In this document: in pieces, positions 20,667-30,111 of the stretch
Layout of the letters: each line of letters begins with the position of its first letter
Numbering within the stretch: the first letter of the stretch is position 1
Assembly: GCA_031362565.1 (NCBI GenBank)
Contig: JANLSU010000003.1
Coordinates: 32,001-96,000 of the forward strand
Source of the DNA: a bacterium
GTDB taxonomy: Bacteria > Krumholzibacteriota > Krumholzibacteriia > G020349025
DNA length: 64,000 nt
Direction of reading: 5' to 3'
Notes under the pieces: generated by a model
Told to the model about the DNA's origin: nothing
Databases searched by the model: none
The model's input: the letters and a program-made list of their open reading frames with translations, nothing else
Position numbers and translations under genes: made by a program

Positions 20667-21347
20667 ATGATTCCACTGCGCGACGCGCAAAAGACCCAGT
20701 CGTTTCCCATCGTCAACATCACGTTCATCGCCATCAACATCTGCGTCTTCTTGTACGAGATGTCGCTCGGGCGCAACCTCGAGGGATTCATCCAGTCCGC
20801 GGCTTTCGTACCGGCGGATTTCTTCCAGCCCGGCAACGTCGTCGCCGACGCGCGGTCGGTGTTCGTGTCCATGTTCTTGCATGGCGGCTGGATGCATTTG
20901 ATCGGCAACATGCTCTACCTGTGGATCTTCGGCGACAACATCGAGGACCGGCTCGGGCATGTGAAGTACGTGGTGTTCTACGTCCTGTGCGGCTGGGCGG
21001 CGACGCTGGCCCATGGCTTCGCCGCCATGTCGTCGCAAGTGCCGGCGATTGGTGCGAGCGGTGCCATCGCCGGGGTGCTCGGCGCTTACCTGTTGCTTTT
21101 CCCGCACGGCCGCGTGCTGACCCTCGTCCCGTTCGGTCTCTTCACGCAGATTCGCGAGCTGCCGGCGATCTTGGTGCTGGGAATGTGGTTCGTGCTGCAG
21201 TTCTTCAGTGGCATCTTGAGCCTTGGCGCCCGTGAACAAACGGGCGTTGCCTGGTGGGCGCACATCGGCGGTTTCGTGGCCGGCATGATCCTGATCAAAG
21301 TCATGAGGGCCCGCCAGGCACCGCCGCCGGAGCGCGGGTTCTTCTGA
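20667..21347 (+). CDS. Rhomboid intramembrane serine protease
   Basis: MFLHGGWMHLIGNM, GASGAIAG, WAHIGGF. Confidence 0.95.
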   Translation: MIPLRDAQKTQSFPIVNITFIAINICVFLYEMSLGRNLEGFIQSAAFVPADFFQPGNVVADARSVFVSMFLHGGWMHLIGNMLYLWIFGDNIEDRLGHVKYVVFYVLCGWAATLAHGFAAMSSQVPAIGASGAIAGVLGAYLLLFPHGRVLTLVPFGLFTQIRELPAILVLGMWFVLQFFSGILSLGAREQTGVAWWAHIGGFVAGMILIKVMRARQAPPPERGFF

Positions 21348-21755
21348 TCAGGGCCCGAAGGCCTTCTTGAGCACGCCGATCTGCCCCGAGTGATACAACT
21401 CGTGATCGACGATGCCGTGCAGCATGGTCGCGAACGCCGTCCCCGTGCCGAGCGCCGGATCCGGCGGCCCGCCGACGATTTGCGGCAGACGGGCCGGATC
21501 GAACTCTTGCAACGCCCCGATCAGTGCGGCGTGGATGCTTTCGTGCGCCGCGAGCATCTTGTCCCAAGCCGCCGGACTTGCATCCCGCACCTCGGGCCAA
21601 TCACCTTCGGCGGGCAACGCGGGCTTCGCACCGGCCTTCAGGCGGCGCAGCACTTCACCCTGCCAGGCGTTCATGTGCAGGAGAATCTCCCAAATCGAGT
21701 GCGCTGTTGGAATCGGCCGCGCCGCGGCTTGCGCGGCCGTGATCCCGGCGAGCAC
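21348..21755 (-). CDS. DinB-family protein, apparently N-terminally truncated
   Basis: HSIWEILLH and HELYHSGQI motifs; only GTG 21755 is plausible as a start and the usual first helix is absent. Confidence 0.65.
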   Translation of the reverse strand: MLAGITAAQAAARPIPTAHSIWEILLHMNAWQGEVLRRLKAGAKPALPAEGDWPEVRDASPAAWDKMLAAHESIHAALIGALQEFDPARLPQIVGGPPDPALGTGTAFATMLHGIVDHELYHSGQIGVLKKAFGP

Positions 21756-21930
21756 CGCGCCTTGGGCATGCAGCCTCTTGATGCACCCCCGCGACGCCGG
21801 CGGCGGCCTGGCGTAAGATGCGCCGCGGGCTCGCTCGCTTGGCCAAGGGGTGACTGGCGCTCGCGCCGTCCAGGGCCCACGGCCTCCGCACCCGCGAACC
21901 AAGGCCTCGCCGCGCCAGGAGTCGATTCGC

Positions 21931-22821
21931 ATGCGTCTGAGATTCGCCGCCGCGCTCGCCGCTGCGGTCTTGGCTTGTGCCGGCCGTGCCGCGGCGCAAG
22001 CGGTCATCCCCAACCAAATGCACAACTCGTTCACCTTCGAATTGCATAGCGTCAAAGACGAAGTGCTCGTGTACGAAGGCGATCCGCAGTACCTCCTCAA
22101 GGCCGACATCCAACCGGTCAACACGCTCTATCCGCGCATCGAATTCACCAACGCCAACCAGGTAGTCGTGCTGCGAATACGCGATTTGTCGCTCTTCGAC
22201 GTCGCGACGATCGATTCGGCGCGCGCCGCGGAGGACGCCGAACTGGGCATCCACGATGATCAGATGGACAAACCGCCATTGTCGCAAGTGTGGGAAGTGC
22301 AGCTCGCGCCGGCTTGCGGCGGCGACTATGTATTGCAGTGCGACGGCGGCAAGGGCGTGTTCGATTTTACGGACCTGCCGGTGCAAATGGTCCAGCTCAT
22401 GGCCGACACGACAAACGTGCAGGTGGCGTTCAAGCGCCCGAATCCCACCGTACTCGAACGCTTCAAGCTCACAGTGCGCGCCGGCAAGGTGCAATTCGAA
22501 TCTTTTCTGAACGCCCGCGCCAAGTCGACGACGCTGCAACTCGACAACTCCGACTGCACACTCGACTTCACCGGCACGCCGTTCACCGGCGATTGCGAGG
22601 TATTCTTCGAGGGCGAACCCAAGCGCTTGCGCATCACCGTACCGCACAACACCGGTTTGCATGTCGAAGGCCCATCGGCGATCGTAACCCGGTTCGACCG
22701 GGCCGGAATGGCCGTCGTAGGCTCGGCACTCGAAACCGCCGACTTCGCTGTCCAGCGCTGCAAACTGCGGTTGTATTTTTCGCAGCCGCTACCGAAGTTC
22801 GAGATCCACTGGTCCGAATGA
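21931..22821 (+). CDS. Hypothetical secreted beta-rich protein
   Basis: AGGAG RBS, signal peptide (AAA-Q), repetitive short beta strands. Confidence 0.7.
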   Translation: MRLRFAAALAAAVLACAGRAAAQAVIPNQMHNSFTFELHSVKDEVLVYEGDPQYLLKADIQPVNTLYPRIEFTNANQVVVLRIRDLSLFDVATIDSARAAEDAELGIHDDQMDKPPLSQVWEVQLAPACGGDYVLQCDGGKGVFDFTDLPVQMVQLMADTTNVQVAFKRPNPTVLERFKLTVRAGKVQFESFLNARAKSTTLQLDNSDCTLDFTGTPFTGDCEVFFEGEPKRLRITVPHNTGLHVEGPSAIVTRFDRAGMAVVGSALETADFAVQRCKLRLYFSQPLPKFEIHWSE

Positions 22822-22858
22822 CGCGCTCCTCGAGCCACGCCGCTTCTTGGAGGGACAA

Positions 22859-23920
22859 ATGCCGCACAACGAGTGGACCGGCGCCGCGCGCTGGCTCGTG
22901 CCCCTGGTGCTGTTCGCCACCGTGCTCGTGGTCGGCGTGCTGCTGCGCGCCCTTGCCATGCGCGGCCTCGACCGCTGGTCCAAGAGCACGACGACGCGCG
23001 CCGACGATCTCGTGGTCGCCGCCATCCGTTGGCCCTCGTACCTTTGGATCTTGATCCTGGCGACCATTGCCGCGCTGCACACGATCGACCTCCCGGGCGA
23101 GCAGGCTGACATGGCGGTGCGGCGCGGGCTCGAGGCGCTGCTCGAGCTTTCGGTCACCATCGGCTTGGCGCGCCTGCTGGGCGAACTGGTCCAGAATTCC
23201 CGCAACGACCTGCCGCCGCACCTCGCAATCGCTTCGACCGGATTGCTCCGCACGATCGTCCGGGTGGGCACGGTCATCGTCGGGATCCTGGTCATGCTGG
23301 GGACACTCGGCATCAACATCGCGCCGATTCTGGGCGCGCTCGGCGTCGGCGGCCTGGCAGCCGGCCTGGCATTGCAGCCGACGCTGTCGAATCTCTTTGC
23401 TGGTTTTCAGATCGCCGTGACCAAGCAGGTGCGGGTCGGGCATCGCATTCGCCTGGCGAGCGGTGAAGAGGGCTACGTCACGGACATCGCCTGGCGCACG
23501 ACGACTTTGCGCACCCCTACGAACCACCTGGTGATCATTCCGAATTCCAAATTCGCGGACAGCATCATGACCAACTTCAATCTGCCCGATCCGCCGGTCA
23601 GTATCGTCGTGCCGCTCACGGTCGCGTACGATTCCGACCTACGGCGGGTCGAATCGGTGTTGCTGGCGGAGACCGAGCGGCTGGTGGCCGAGCTGCCGCA
23701 GCTCGTGAACGACTTCGAACCCGTGGTGCGTTTTCTGGCGTTCGGGGAGTCGGGCGTGCAGTTCAACGTCACGGTACGGGCGCACGACTTCGAGTCCCAG
23801 TATGGCGCTTGGAACGAGATCTACCAGCGGTTGATCGAATGCCTGCGGCGGGAAAACATCGCCATTCCATTTCCGACCCGCAACGTCTATCTGCGCGGCG
23901 AGGTGCCACCGCGGGCGTAG
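22859..23920 (+). CDS. MscS-family mechanosensitive channel
   Basis: ALGVGGLAAGLALQPTLSNLFAG, EGYVTDIAWRTT, IPNS, IPFP. Confidence 0.94.
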   Translation: MPHNEWTGAARWLVPLVLFATVLVVGVLLRALAMRGLDRWSKSTTTRADDLVVAAIRWPSYLWILILATIAALHTIDLPGEQADMAVRRGLEALLELSVTIGLARLLGELVQNSRNDLPPHLAIASTGLLRTIVRVGTVIVGILVMLGTLGINIAPILGALGVGGLAAGLALQPTLSNLFAGFQIAVTKQVRVGHRIRLASGEEGYVTDIAWRTTTLRTPTNHLVIIPNSKFADSIMTNFNLPDPPVSIVVPLTVAYDSDLRRVESVLLAETERLVAELPQLVNDFEPVVRFLAFGESGVQFNVTVRAHDFESQYGAWNEIYQRLIECLRRENIAIPFPTRNVYLRGEVPPRA

Positions 23921-23941
23921 GACGTGCGCCGGGGGCCCCGG

Positions 23942-24457
23942 TCAGGGCGCGACGACGGTGAGCGTGATGGGCTGGGACGTGAAGTGGGCGTGCACTTCGT
24001 GCCACATCGCCACGGTCATGCTCGTGGTCCCCACCTTCTTGCCCGTGATGTTGAAGCGCCAGCGCAAAGCGGGGTCACGCGTCACGGTGGCCAGCGTCGG
24101 GTCGAGCATCTCGACTTCGAAACGCATGATGTCGCAGTCGTTGGCGATGTGAAGCGGCACGGCGTTCTGATCGAGAAACGTCACCTCGATCGCTTGCGGC
24201 GCGGCGTCCTTGACGATCGACATGCTGCCCCTGGTGTGGAACCCGAACTGATAGAAAACTTCGCTGTCGTTCGACACCAAGTCGACGCCGCCGGCGAATT
24301 CGATATGGCCGCAGATGCCATTGTCGACTGCGGGGCCTGAAGGTCCACTCCCGCAGCCGGAGGCCAGAAGCAACGCCGCGAGACCGGCGCCGGCGATCGT
24401 CCGCCATACGATGCGACGCAAGGAGCGCGTCCGGGGCTGGGTCGACGTGGCGTGCAT
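23942..24457 (-). CDS. Lipoprotein with C-terminal His motif
   Basis: Lipobox LASGC; Ig-like strands; WHEVHAHF near the end. Confidence 0.7.
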   Translation of the reverse strand: MHATSTQPRTRSLRRIVWRTIAGAGLAALLLASGCGSGPSGPAVDNGICGHIEFAGGVDLVSNDSEVFYQFGFHTRGSMSIVKDAAPQAIEVTFLDQNAVPLHIANDCDIMRFEVEMLDPTLATVTRDPALRWRFNITGKKVGTTSMTVAMWHEVHAHFTSQPITLTVVAP

Positions 24458-24566
24458 GGTGGACCCTCGATCGGCTACGGAACGTCTGCGGCCCGCGCCG
24501 GCTTGGCGCCGGACCACTGGACCCTGTCAGTATAACCTCTGACCTCGCGGGGGTCCACCGCCGCCC

Positions 24567-26351
24567 TCAGGGGGAGGTGGCGCAACTCGCTTCCACGAGC
24601 TTCTGCAGGGTCGGCAACGTCACGGCGCCGTTCCGCAGCACCGTGTCATGAAAGGCCCGGATGTCGAAGCGCTCCCCCATCGAGGCCTTGCAGCGCTCGC
24701 GCAGGCGCAGAATTTCCAACTGCCCGAGCTTGTAAGCCAGCGCCTGTCCAGGCCAAGTGATGTAGCGATCGACCTCGTTGACGATGTTGTTCTCGGCCAG
24801 TGCGGTGTGCGCCAGCATGAAATCGATGGCCTGCTGGCGGCTCCAGCCCATCGCGTGCATGCCGGTGTCGACGACCAGCCGGCAAGCGCGCCAGGCATCG
24901 AAGCTCAACATGCCGATGCGATCCAAGTCGCTCGAATACAAACCCATCTCGTTCGCGAGCCGTTCGGAATAGAGTCCCCAGCCTTCGACGAACGCGGTGC
25001 ATCCCAAGTGCTTGCGAAACTCCGGTACGCCGGTCAGCTCTTGCGCGATGGCAATCTGCAAATGATGCCCCGGCACGGACTCGTGAAACGCCAGCACCTC
25101 GGCCTCGTACTTCGGCCGCGTCTCGGGCGCGTAGGTATTGATGTAGTAGCGCCCCGGGCGCGAGCCGTCGATCGCCGGCTGGCGGTAGTAGGCGATCGTC
25201 GAGTTCACTTCTTCGTGCGCTTCGATGCGCGTCACTTCACACGCGGTGCGCGGTTGAATGTTGAACCATTTCGGGACCGCCGCCTGAGCCCGCGCTAGCG
25301 TCGTTGCCGCCTTCGCCGCGACTTCATCGCGGCTGCTGAAGTGGAGCGCCGGGTCGGTGCGCAACCGCCGCAAGATCTCGGCGTGGTCGGTTGTGCCGAG
25401 CACTTTGGCGCCGAGTTCGGTCATTTCGCGATCGATGCGCTCGACTTCCTGCAGGCCGATCTTGTGAATGCGGTCGGGGGCGAGATCGAGCGAGGTTTGG
25501 ATCCGGGCGAGAGTGCGATACGCTTCGGCCCCACCGGGCAGATTGACGAGCCCTACTTTGTCCTGCGGGCGCGCCACGGGCAGGACCTCGGCGTGGAGGA
25601 ACTCGCGGTACCTCGCGAACGCCGGCCGCACGCCGGTATCGATCGCCGCCTGCAAGTCCTTGGCAAAGTTCTCGCGATCTGCCGGGCTCCATTCGGCGGG
25701 CAAGGTGTGCGCCGGTTCCATGAGCGCCCATTCGGATGTCGGTTGGGCCGCGAGCGCATCCAGTTCACTCACGACGCGTTCGACCTGCGATGCGGTCGCC
25801 ACACGCTTCTCGGCCATACCACGCCGCAAGTTCGCCATGAGATCGTCCACCCACGGTCCCATCGCCCGCCAGCGCTTGACGAGCGCGCGCGCCTCGGCCT
25901 TGGTCCGCAGCGGCTGTTGCGATGGGATGTTGAAAAACGCGACCTGCGGGCCATCGAGCGGATCGACGTTCCAGGCGACGAGGTCACACGCGAGCCGGTG
26001 GAGATCGTCTTCGATCGCCTGGTGCAGCATGTCACGATTGACGCGGTCGGCTTCCGACAACACTTCGGGCGCGATCAGGCCGACGCGGTTCTGCAGTGCT
26101 TCGAGCCGGAGGCGCTCTTTCTTGCGGCCCGCGGCGGTGATCTCGGAAAGCCGCTCGTCGAAGCGCCGGTCGCCGAGCGATGTCGCATCGACGGGATTCG
26201 CTTGCTGATGCGCGTTCCAATAGTCGGCGCAGACCGCTGTCAGCTGTCCGGCCGCGGTGGTCGCGATGCCGGCGGCAGCGGCGACGGCAGGACGGCCGGC
26301 GCCCCAACTCACGACGACGGCGATCGCTAGTGTCTTCGAAATCCAAGTCAT
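24567..26351 (-). CDS. DUF885 family exported metalloprotein/peptidase
   Basis: [33 protein letters not shown]; signal peptide; ATG overlaps upstream stop. Confidence 0.93.
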   Translation of the reverse strand: MTWISKTLAIAVVVSWGAGRPAVAAAAGIATTAAGQLTAVCADYWNAHQQANPVDATSLGDRRFDERLSEITAAGRKKERLRLEALQNRVGLIAPEVLSEADRVNRDMLHQAIEDDLHRLACDLVAWNVDPLDGPQVAFFNIPSQQPLRTKAEARALVKRWRAMGPWVDDLMANLRRGMAEKRVATASQVERVVSELDALAAQPTSEWALMEPAHTLPAEWSPADRENFAKDLQAAIDTGVRPAFARYREFLHAEVLPVARPQDKVGLVNLPGGAEAYRTLARIQTSLDLAPDRIHKIGLQEVERIDREMTELGAKVLGTTDHAEILRRLRTDPALHFSSRDEVAAKAATTLARAQAAVPKWFNIQPRTACEVTRIEAHEEVNSTIAYYRQPAIDGSRPGRYYINTYAPETRPKYEAEVLAFHESVPGHHLQIAIAQELTGVPEFRKHLGCTAFVEGWGLYSERLANEMGLYSSDLDRIGMLSFDAWRACRLVVDTGMHAMGWSRQQAIDFMLAHTALAENNIVNEVDRYITWPGQALAYKLGQLEILRLRERCKASMGERFDIRAFHDTVLRNGAVTLPTLQKLVEASCATSP

Positions 26352-27793
26352 GACACCTCTCTCTTGTGTCCGGACGTGGGCTCGACAGCCGGGCCGCCGA
26401 GGTCTCGCACCGCTTCGCCGTGCGGTCCACAATCCGGGTCCTGGACCTTGGCGGGCGCCGACTGGGTGGCCTGTTCGACTCGCACTTCGTAGCTCCGCCC
26501 ATCGGATACGAACGACGTGTTGTACTGCTTCGAGAGTTCTGGATGCTCCGGATCGCGCGGCCGGCCGAGTGCCGGCGCGTCATCCACCACGAAAACGTCG
26601 GCGCCCACGTCACGGGCCCGGCCGATGGATTGCGCCACGGCACCCGCGAGACCATCCGCCGGATCCCAGCTATAGGCCGTGTTCGGCACGAACGCGACGC
26701 GCGGACTCAGGGTCTGAATCCACCCCAAACTGGTCGCGTTCGACAACCCGTGGTGGTGCAGCTTCGCGAAATTGACTTCCAGTTCGGGCGCCGGGAACGC
26801 ATCGAGCATGCTCGCTTCGGCCGCGACTTCGGAGTCGCCGCCGATGACGAACCGCACGTCGCCGTAGGTGAATTGCAGGACGATCGACTCGTTGTTGATA
26901 TCCGTGCCGCCGATATCGGTTGTTGCCCTGTAGCCCGCCGGGGTGCCGGCATTCAAGACCCGGATGGTCACCAAGTCGTCCCAGCGCAGCTCGAAGACGT
27001 TCGAGGAGCTGTCGAACCGGTGCAGAACGACGCGTATCCGCCCCTGAGCCGCCAGCGTCCGCAACAATTCGTCATACGCGAAACTATTCTGCGACTGGCT
27101 ATTCTTCGGCCCGGAATCGAAGAACACGGCGCCGGGAAACGCGGCGGCGACCCCATCCGTGATCAATCCCGACGACCCGAGCTCTCCACCCAGGTGATCG
27201 ATATGGGTGTGGGTCGCGAGCATCGCGTACATCTGTGTGACACTATGGTCGCGCAGGTAGGTCTTCACCGACTGTTCGGCGAGGCGCGTTCCACCATCGA
27301 TGAGAATATGCCGCCCGCTCGACGGCATGGTGAGCAGATGGCTGTCGCCGAAACCGATGTGGATCATGGTCGAGATCAAGAGATTTGCGGTGGGGGCCGT
27401 CGTGGCGATAAAACTATCGACCGGCGAGTAGCCGGTGGGCGCGCCGCTCACTTGGTTCACGACCTGGTAATAGGTCTTCCGGCCTGGCGCGAGATCGAGC
27501 AACGCGACCGAATGGTCGCGCGTCGACGCCCGGTCGAGGCGCTGCGCCGCATCCGGGTACGCCATGTGGTCGAAGACCGGGTTCGAAAACCTGAACGCGT
27601 AACGCACACTGCCACGGGCCGCTTTGTCGGTCTGCCACAAGATACGATTGGCGTCGACATGGACGCCGCTGCTCACCGCCGGCGGCGGTCCAACCGGGGC
27701 CACCGTCTTGTCGGCGCACGCGCCGATGATGCCGGCGGCAACTGCGAGACCACACAGGACGACGCGCGTCCGCAGGGAAAATGCTGGTGACAT
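26348..27793 (-). CDS. Lipoprotein with Fn3-like domain and ComEC-type metallo-beta-lactamase domain
   Basis: Lipobox IIGAC; GFGDS, LIDGG, THTHIDH (HxHxDH), NNES, GD, LHHHG. Confidence 0.85.
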   Translation of the reverse strand: MSPAFSLRTRVVLCGLAVAAGIIGACADKTVAPVGPPPAVSSGVHVDANRILWQTDKAARGSVRYAFRFSNPVFDHMAYPDAAQRLDRASTRDHSVALLDLAPGRKTYYQVVNQVSGAPTGYSPVDSFIATTAPTANLLISTMIHIGFGDSHLLTMPSSGRHILIDGGTRLAEQSVKTYLRDHSVTQMYAMLATHTHIDHLGGELGSSGLITDGVAAAFPGAVFFDSGPKNSQSQNSFAYDELLRTLAAQGRIRVVLHRFDSSSNVFELRWDDLVTIRVLNAGTPAGYRATTDIGGTDINNESIVLQFTYGDVRFVIGGDSEVAAEASMLDAFPAPELEVNFAKLHHHGLSNATSLGWIQTLSPRVAFVPNTAYSWDPADGLAGAVAQSIGRARDVGADVFVVDDAPALGRPRDPEHPELSKQYNTSFVSDGRSYEVRVEQATQSAPAKVQDPDCGPHGEAVRDLGGPAVEPTSGHKREVS

Positions 27794-27966
27794 CGAAGCT
27801 CGGTCCCTTCACGGGAGGCCGCGTTCTCGGGGGGAGATTTCAGCGCGCCGTGCCGTGCCCGGCGCGCGCCAAGGAGTCTACTCCTCCGCGACGAACGAAT
27901 GCGACGCCCCTCGGGCGGCGGCGATGATTCAGGCCGTGGTCAGCCGTTCGGGCGTATACTTCACAT

Positions 27967-28143
27967 GTAAACCTCGTGCGGTCTGGAGGCGCCGGGTCGA
28001 GTCCCCCGGCAACGAACGGCCGGACGAGTTCAGCCGGACCGGGCACGCCGGTGGAGAACCACCGCGCGGCACGGACGGCGCACGAGCCGGGGACCCCATC
28101 CACGGCAGACGAAGCGGGGCGGCGCAAGCCGCCTCGCTTTTTT
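27967..28143 (+). ncRNA. Candidate structured ncRNA (6S-like rod or 5' attenuator), family not identified
   Basis: TATACT -10 at 27955-27960; closing helix CTCGTGCG (27973-80) with CGCACGAG (28079-86); internal helices; intrinsic terminator; no credible ORF. Confidence 0.55.
28112..28143 (+). terminator. Intrinsic terminator
   Basis: AAGCGGGGCGGC-GCAA-GCCGCCTCGCTT followed by a T run. Confidence 0.8.
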
Positions 28144-28189
28144 GTTGGGAGCGCCGTAGTACACTGCGGCGAACCGTGGAGGCACCGCC

Positions 28190-28573
28190 GTGAAGGAACT
28201 CATCGTTGTCGGAGACCGAGTTCTCGTCGTGCCCGAAGAGGGCGAGGAGCGCACGCAGGTCGGCCTGTACTTGCCACAGACTGCGATCGACGCCCGGCAG
28301 GTGCAGGGCGGCCGCGTCACCGCACTCGGCCCCGGCATTCCCGTCTCGGCTCCGGACGCGAATGACGAAGAACCCTGGAAGCGGCAGCGGCCGCAGCCGC
28401 GCTATATGCCGATGCAGGTGCGCGTCGGCGATTACGCGATCTTCTTCCGGCGCGCCAGCGTCGACATCACGTTCGAGGGCAAACGTTACTTCGTGGTGCC
28501 GCACGATGCGATCCTGGTCGTTGTGCGCGACGACGGCGTCGAGCCGTTAGCGGCTGTCGTCTTGCCGAAGTGA
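28190..28573 (+). CDS. GroES-like co-chaperonin (orphan)
   Basis: VGDRVLV, GLYLP, GRVTALGPG, VRVGD, AILVVV; GGAGG RBS; no groEL nearby. Confidence 0.85.
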   Translation: MKELIVVGDRVLVVPEEGEERTQVGLYLPQTAIDARQVQGGRVTALGPGIPVSAPDANDEEPWKRQRPQPRYMPMQVRVGDYAIFFRRASVDITFEGKRYFVVPHDAILVVVRDDGVEPLAAVVLPK

Positions 28574-29904
28574 ACGCCGATTCGACCGGCGGCGCCGGGC
28601 GCGTGGTGCGTTGGATCTGCATCGCGGTCATCGCACTCACCAGCCTCGAGTTCGTGGTCGCGACGACCGGCGTGTTGCTGCGCCAACCGGCCCCCGCGCA
28701 CACTGACTTTGCGTCCTACTACATGGCCGGAGTGTTGGCGCGCGAACACCGATCGCCGTACGACGCCGCGGCGCTCGTGGCGCGCTCCGAGGCACTGGGG
28801 CTCGGGCAGAGCACCTATCCGTTCGTGTATCCACCCCCCTTCGCGATCGCGATGCGGGCGCTCGCCGCATTGCCTTTCGAAACCGCGCGGCGAATCTGGA
28901 TCCTGCTCACTACGGTCGCATTGTTCGGCATGCTTGGCGCGACCTGGCGGCTCGGGCGAGCGTTGTCGGCCCGTCTCGAGATCACGAGTCCTCTCGCCGG
29001 CTGGCTCGTGATGGCGGCCTTCGCGCCGGCCGCGCTCAACTCCGCGAGCGTGCACAGCGACATTCGCGTCGGTTCCGTCGGAGTGCTATTCGGCGCCTGC
29101 ACGGCGATCATCGCCTGGCGTTCACTTGCCGGAGCGCGGCCGTCGCCGTGGGTCGGACTCGTCTTGGCACTCGCAGCGCTCGCCAAGACGACGCCCGTAG
29201 TTCTGATCGCGTGGGTGGCGTGGCGCGGTGCGCGCCGCACGGCGGCTTGGAGTGTCGCGTGGTTGGGGCTCGCGTTCGTGCCGGCGGTGTGGGTGTGGGG
29301 CCCGGGGATTATCGGCGATTGGTTGCAGCACGGCGTGCTTGCAAGGCTCGCGGTACCAAGCGGCTGGGCTCATAATCAGAGTTTGAATGCGGCCCTGTTG
29401 CGGCTCTGCGTGCCGGCGGCGCTCGATGGCGTGACGGTGCGCGCGCCGCTGTTGCAACAAGTCCTCGTGTGGGCATTGACGGCGGGCGTCGCAGTCTCGA
29501 CCTGGAGTTGCGTGCGCATTCGTTCACGCCCCGCAGCAATGTTACCGCTCGAGTGCAGCCTGATCGTCCTTGCCATCCTCATCGTGACCCCCATCACCTG
29601 GGTGCACACGATGGCCGCACTGTTGTTCGTGTGGCCGGTGCAGATGCTCGTTCTGGCGCGCGCCGCCGCGCAGCGCTGGAAATGGACGCCGCACGCCACT
29701 TGGGCTGCATGCGCCGGTTTTTTCCTGTCGTCGGCGCATTTGCCGGTGCTGTGGGGAACCGCACTGCATCACCGCCCGTGGGTCGCACTGACGACGCTCC
29801 CCTTGGCCGGCATGCTCATCTCCTTCGCAACGTGCGTTGTCCTCCTGCACCACGCTCCCGTGGTCGCAGCAGCAACCCCGGGCGCCATTCGTCAATCGGC
29901 GTAG
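28570..29904 (+). CDS. GT87-like (DUF2029) membrane glycosyltransferase
   Basis: TDFASYY, PFVYPP, HNQSL, PITWVH; many TM segments. Confidence 0.85.
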   Translation: MNADSTGGAGRVVRWICIAVIALTSLEFVVATTGVLLRQPAPAHTDFASYYMAGVLAREHRSPYDAAALVARSEALGLGQSTYPFVYPPPFAIAMRALAALPFETARRIWILLTTVALFGMLGATWRLGRALSARLEITSPLAGWLVMAAFAPAALNSASVHSDIRVGSVGVLFGACTAIIAWRSLAGARPSPWVGLVLALAALAKTTPVVLIAWVAWRGARRTAAWSVAWLGLAFVPAVWVWGPGIIGDWLQHGVLARLAVPSGWAHNQSLNAALLRLCVPAALDGVTVRAPLLQQVLVWALTAGVAVSTWSCVRIRSRPAAMLPLECSLIVLAILIVTPITWVHTMAALLFVWPVQMLVLARAAAQRWKWTPHATWAACAGFFLSSAHLPVLWGTALHHRPWVALTTLPLAGMLISFATCVVLLHHAPVVAAATPGAIRQSA

Positions 29905-30012
29905 CGGAGAACTGTCAATCGCGTTGACACTCGGGCGAATGGATTCCGTTGGGCGAGGGGTTCGCGTCGACAGCAACAGCACTGAGGTTTGCAGCACTGA
30001 CGTCGCGAGAGT

Positions 30013-30030
30013 TTGTGAATCTTTTCACAA
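30013..30030. promoter_or_regulatory. Perfect Rex-type operator (also matches CRP box)
   Basis: TTGTGAA-TCTT-TTCACAA; contains TGTGA-N6-TCACA. Confidence 0.55.
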
Positions 30031-30111
30031 CTCGTTCTGGAACGAGTTACGCGCTGGGTTAACGTTCTGTTTCTGAACGCGTTGGATGCGGCGACGACGT
30101 CTTGGTCGACT

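Noticed and set aside
26348..26400. PAVEPTSGHK at the MBL protein end as a fifth C-terminal tail
   Set aside because: Both aromatic positions are missing; the region doubles as the RBS of the next gene.
27970..28110. ZTP riboswitch, SRP RNA, tRNA or tmRNA identity for the candidate RNA
   Set aside because: It lacks the ACUGGCG/CGCCUGGGC pair, the SRP GGAAGGAAGCAG loop, a canonical TTCG T-loop and a CCA end.
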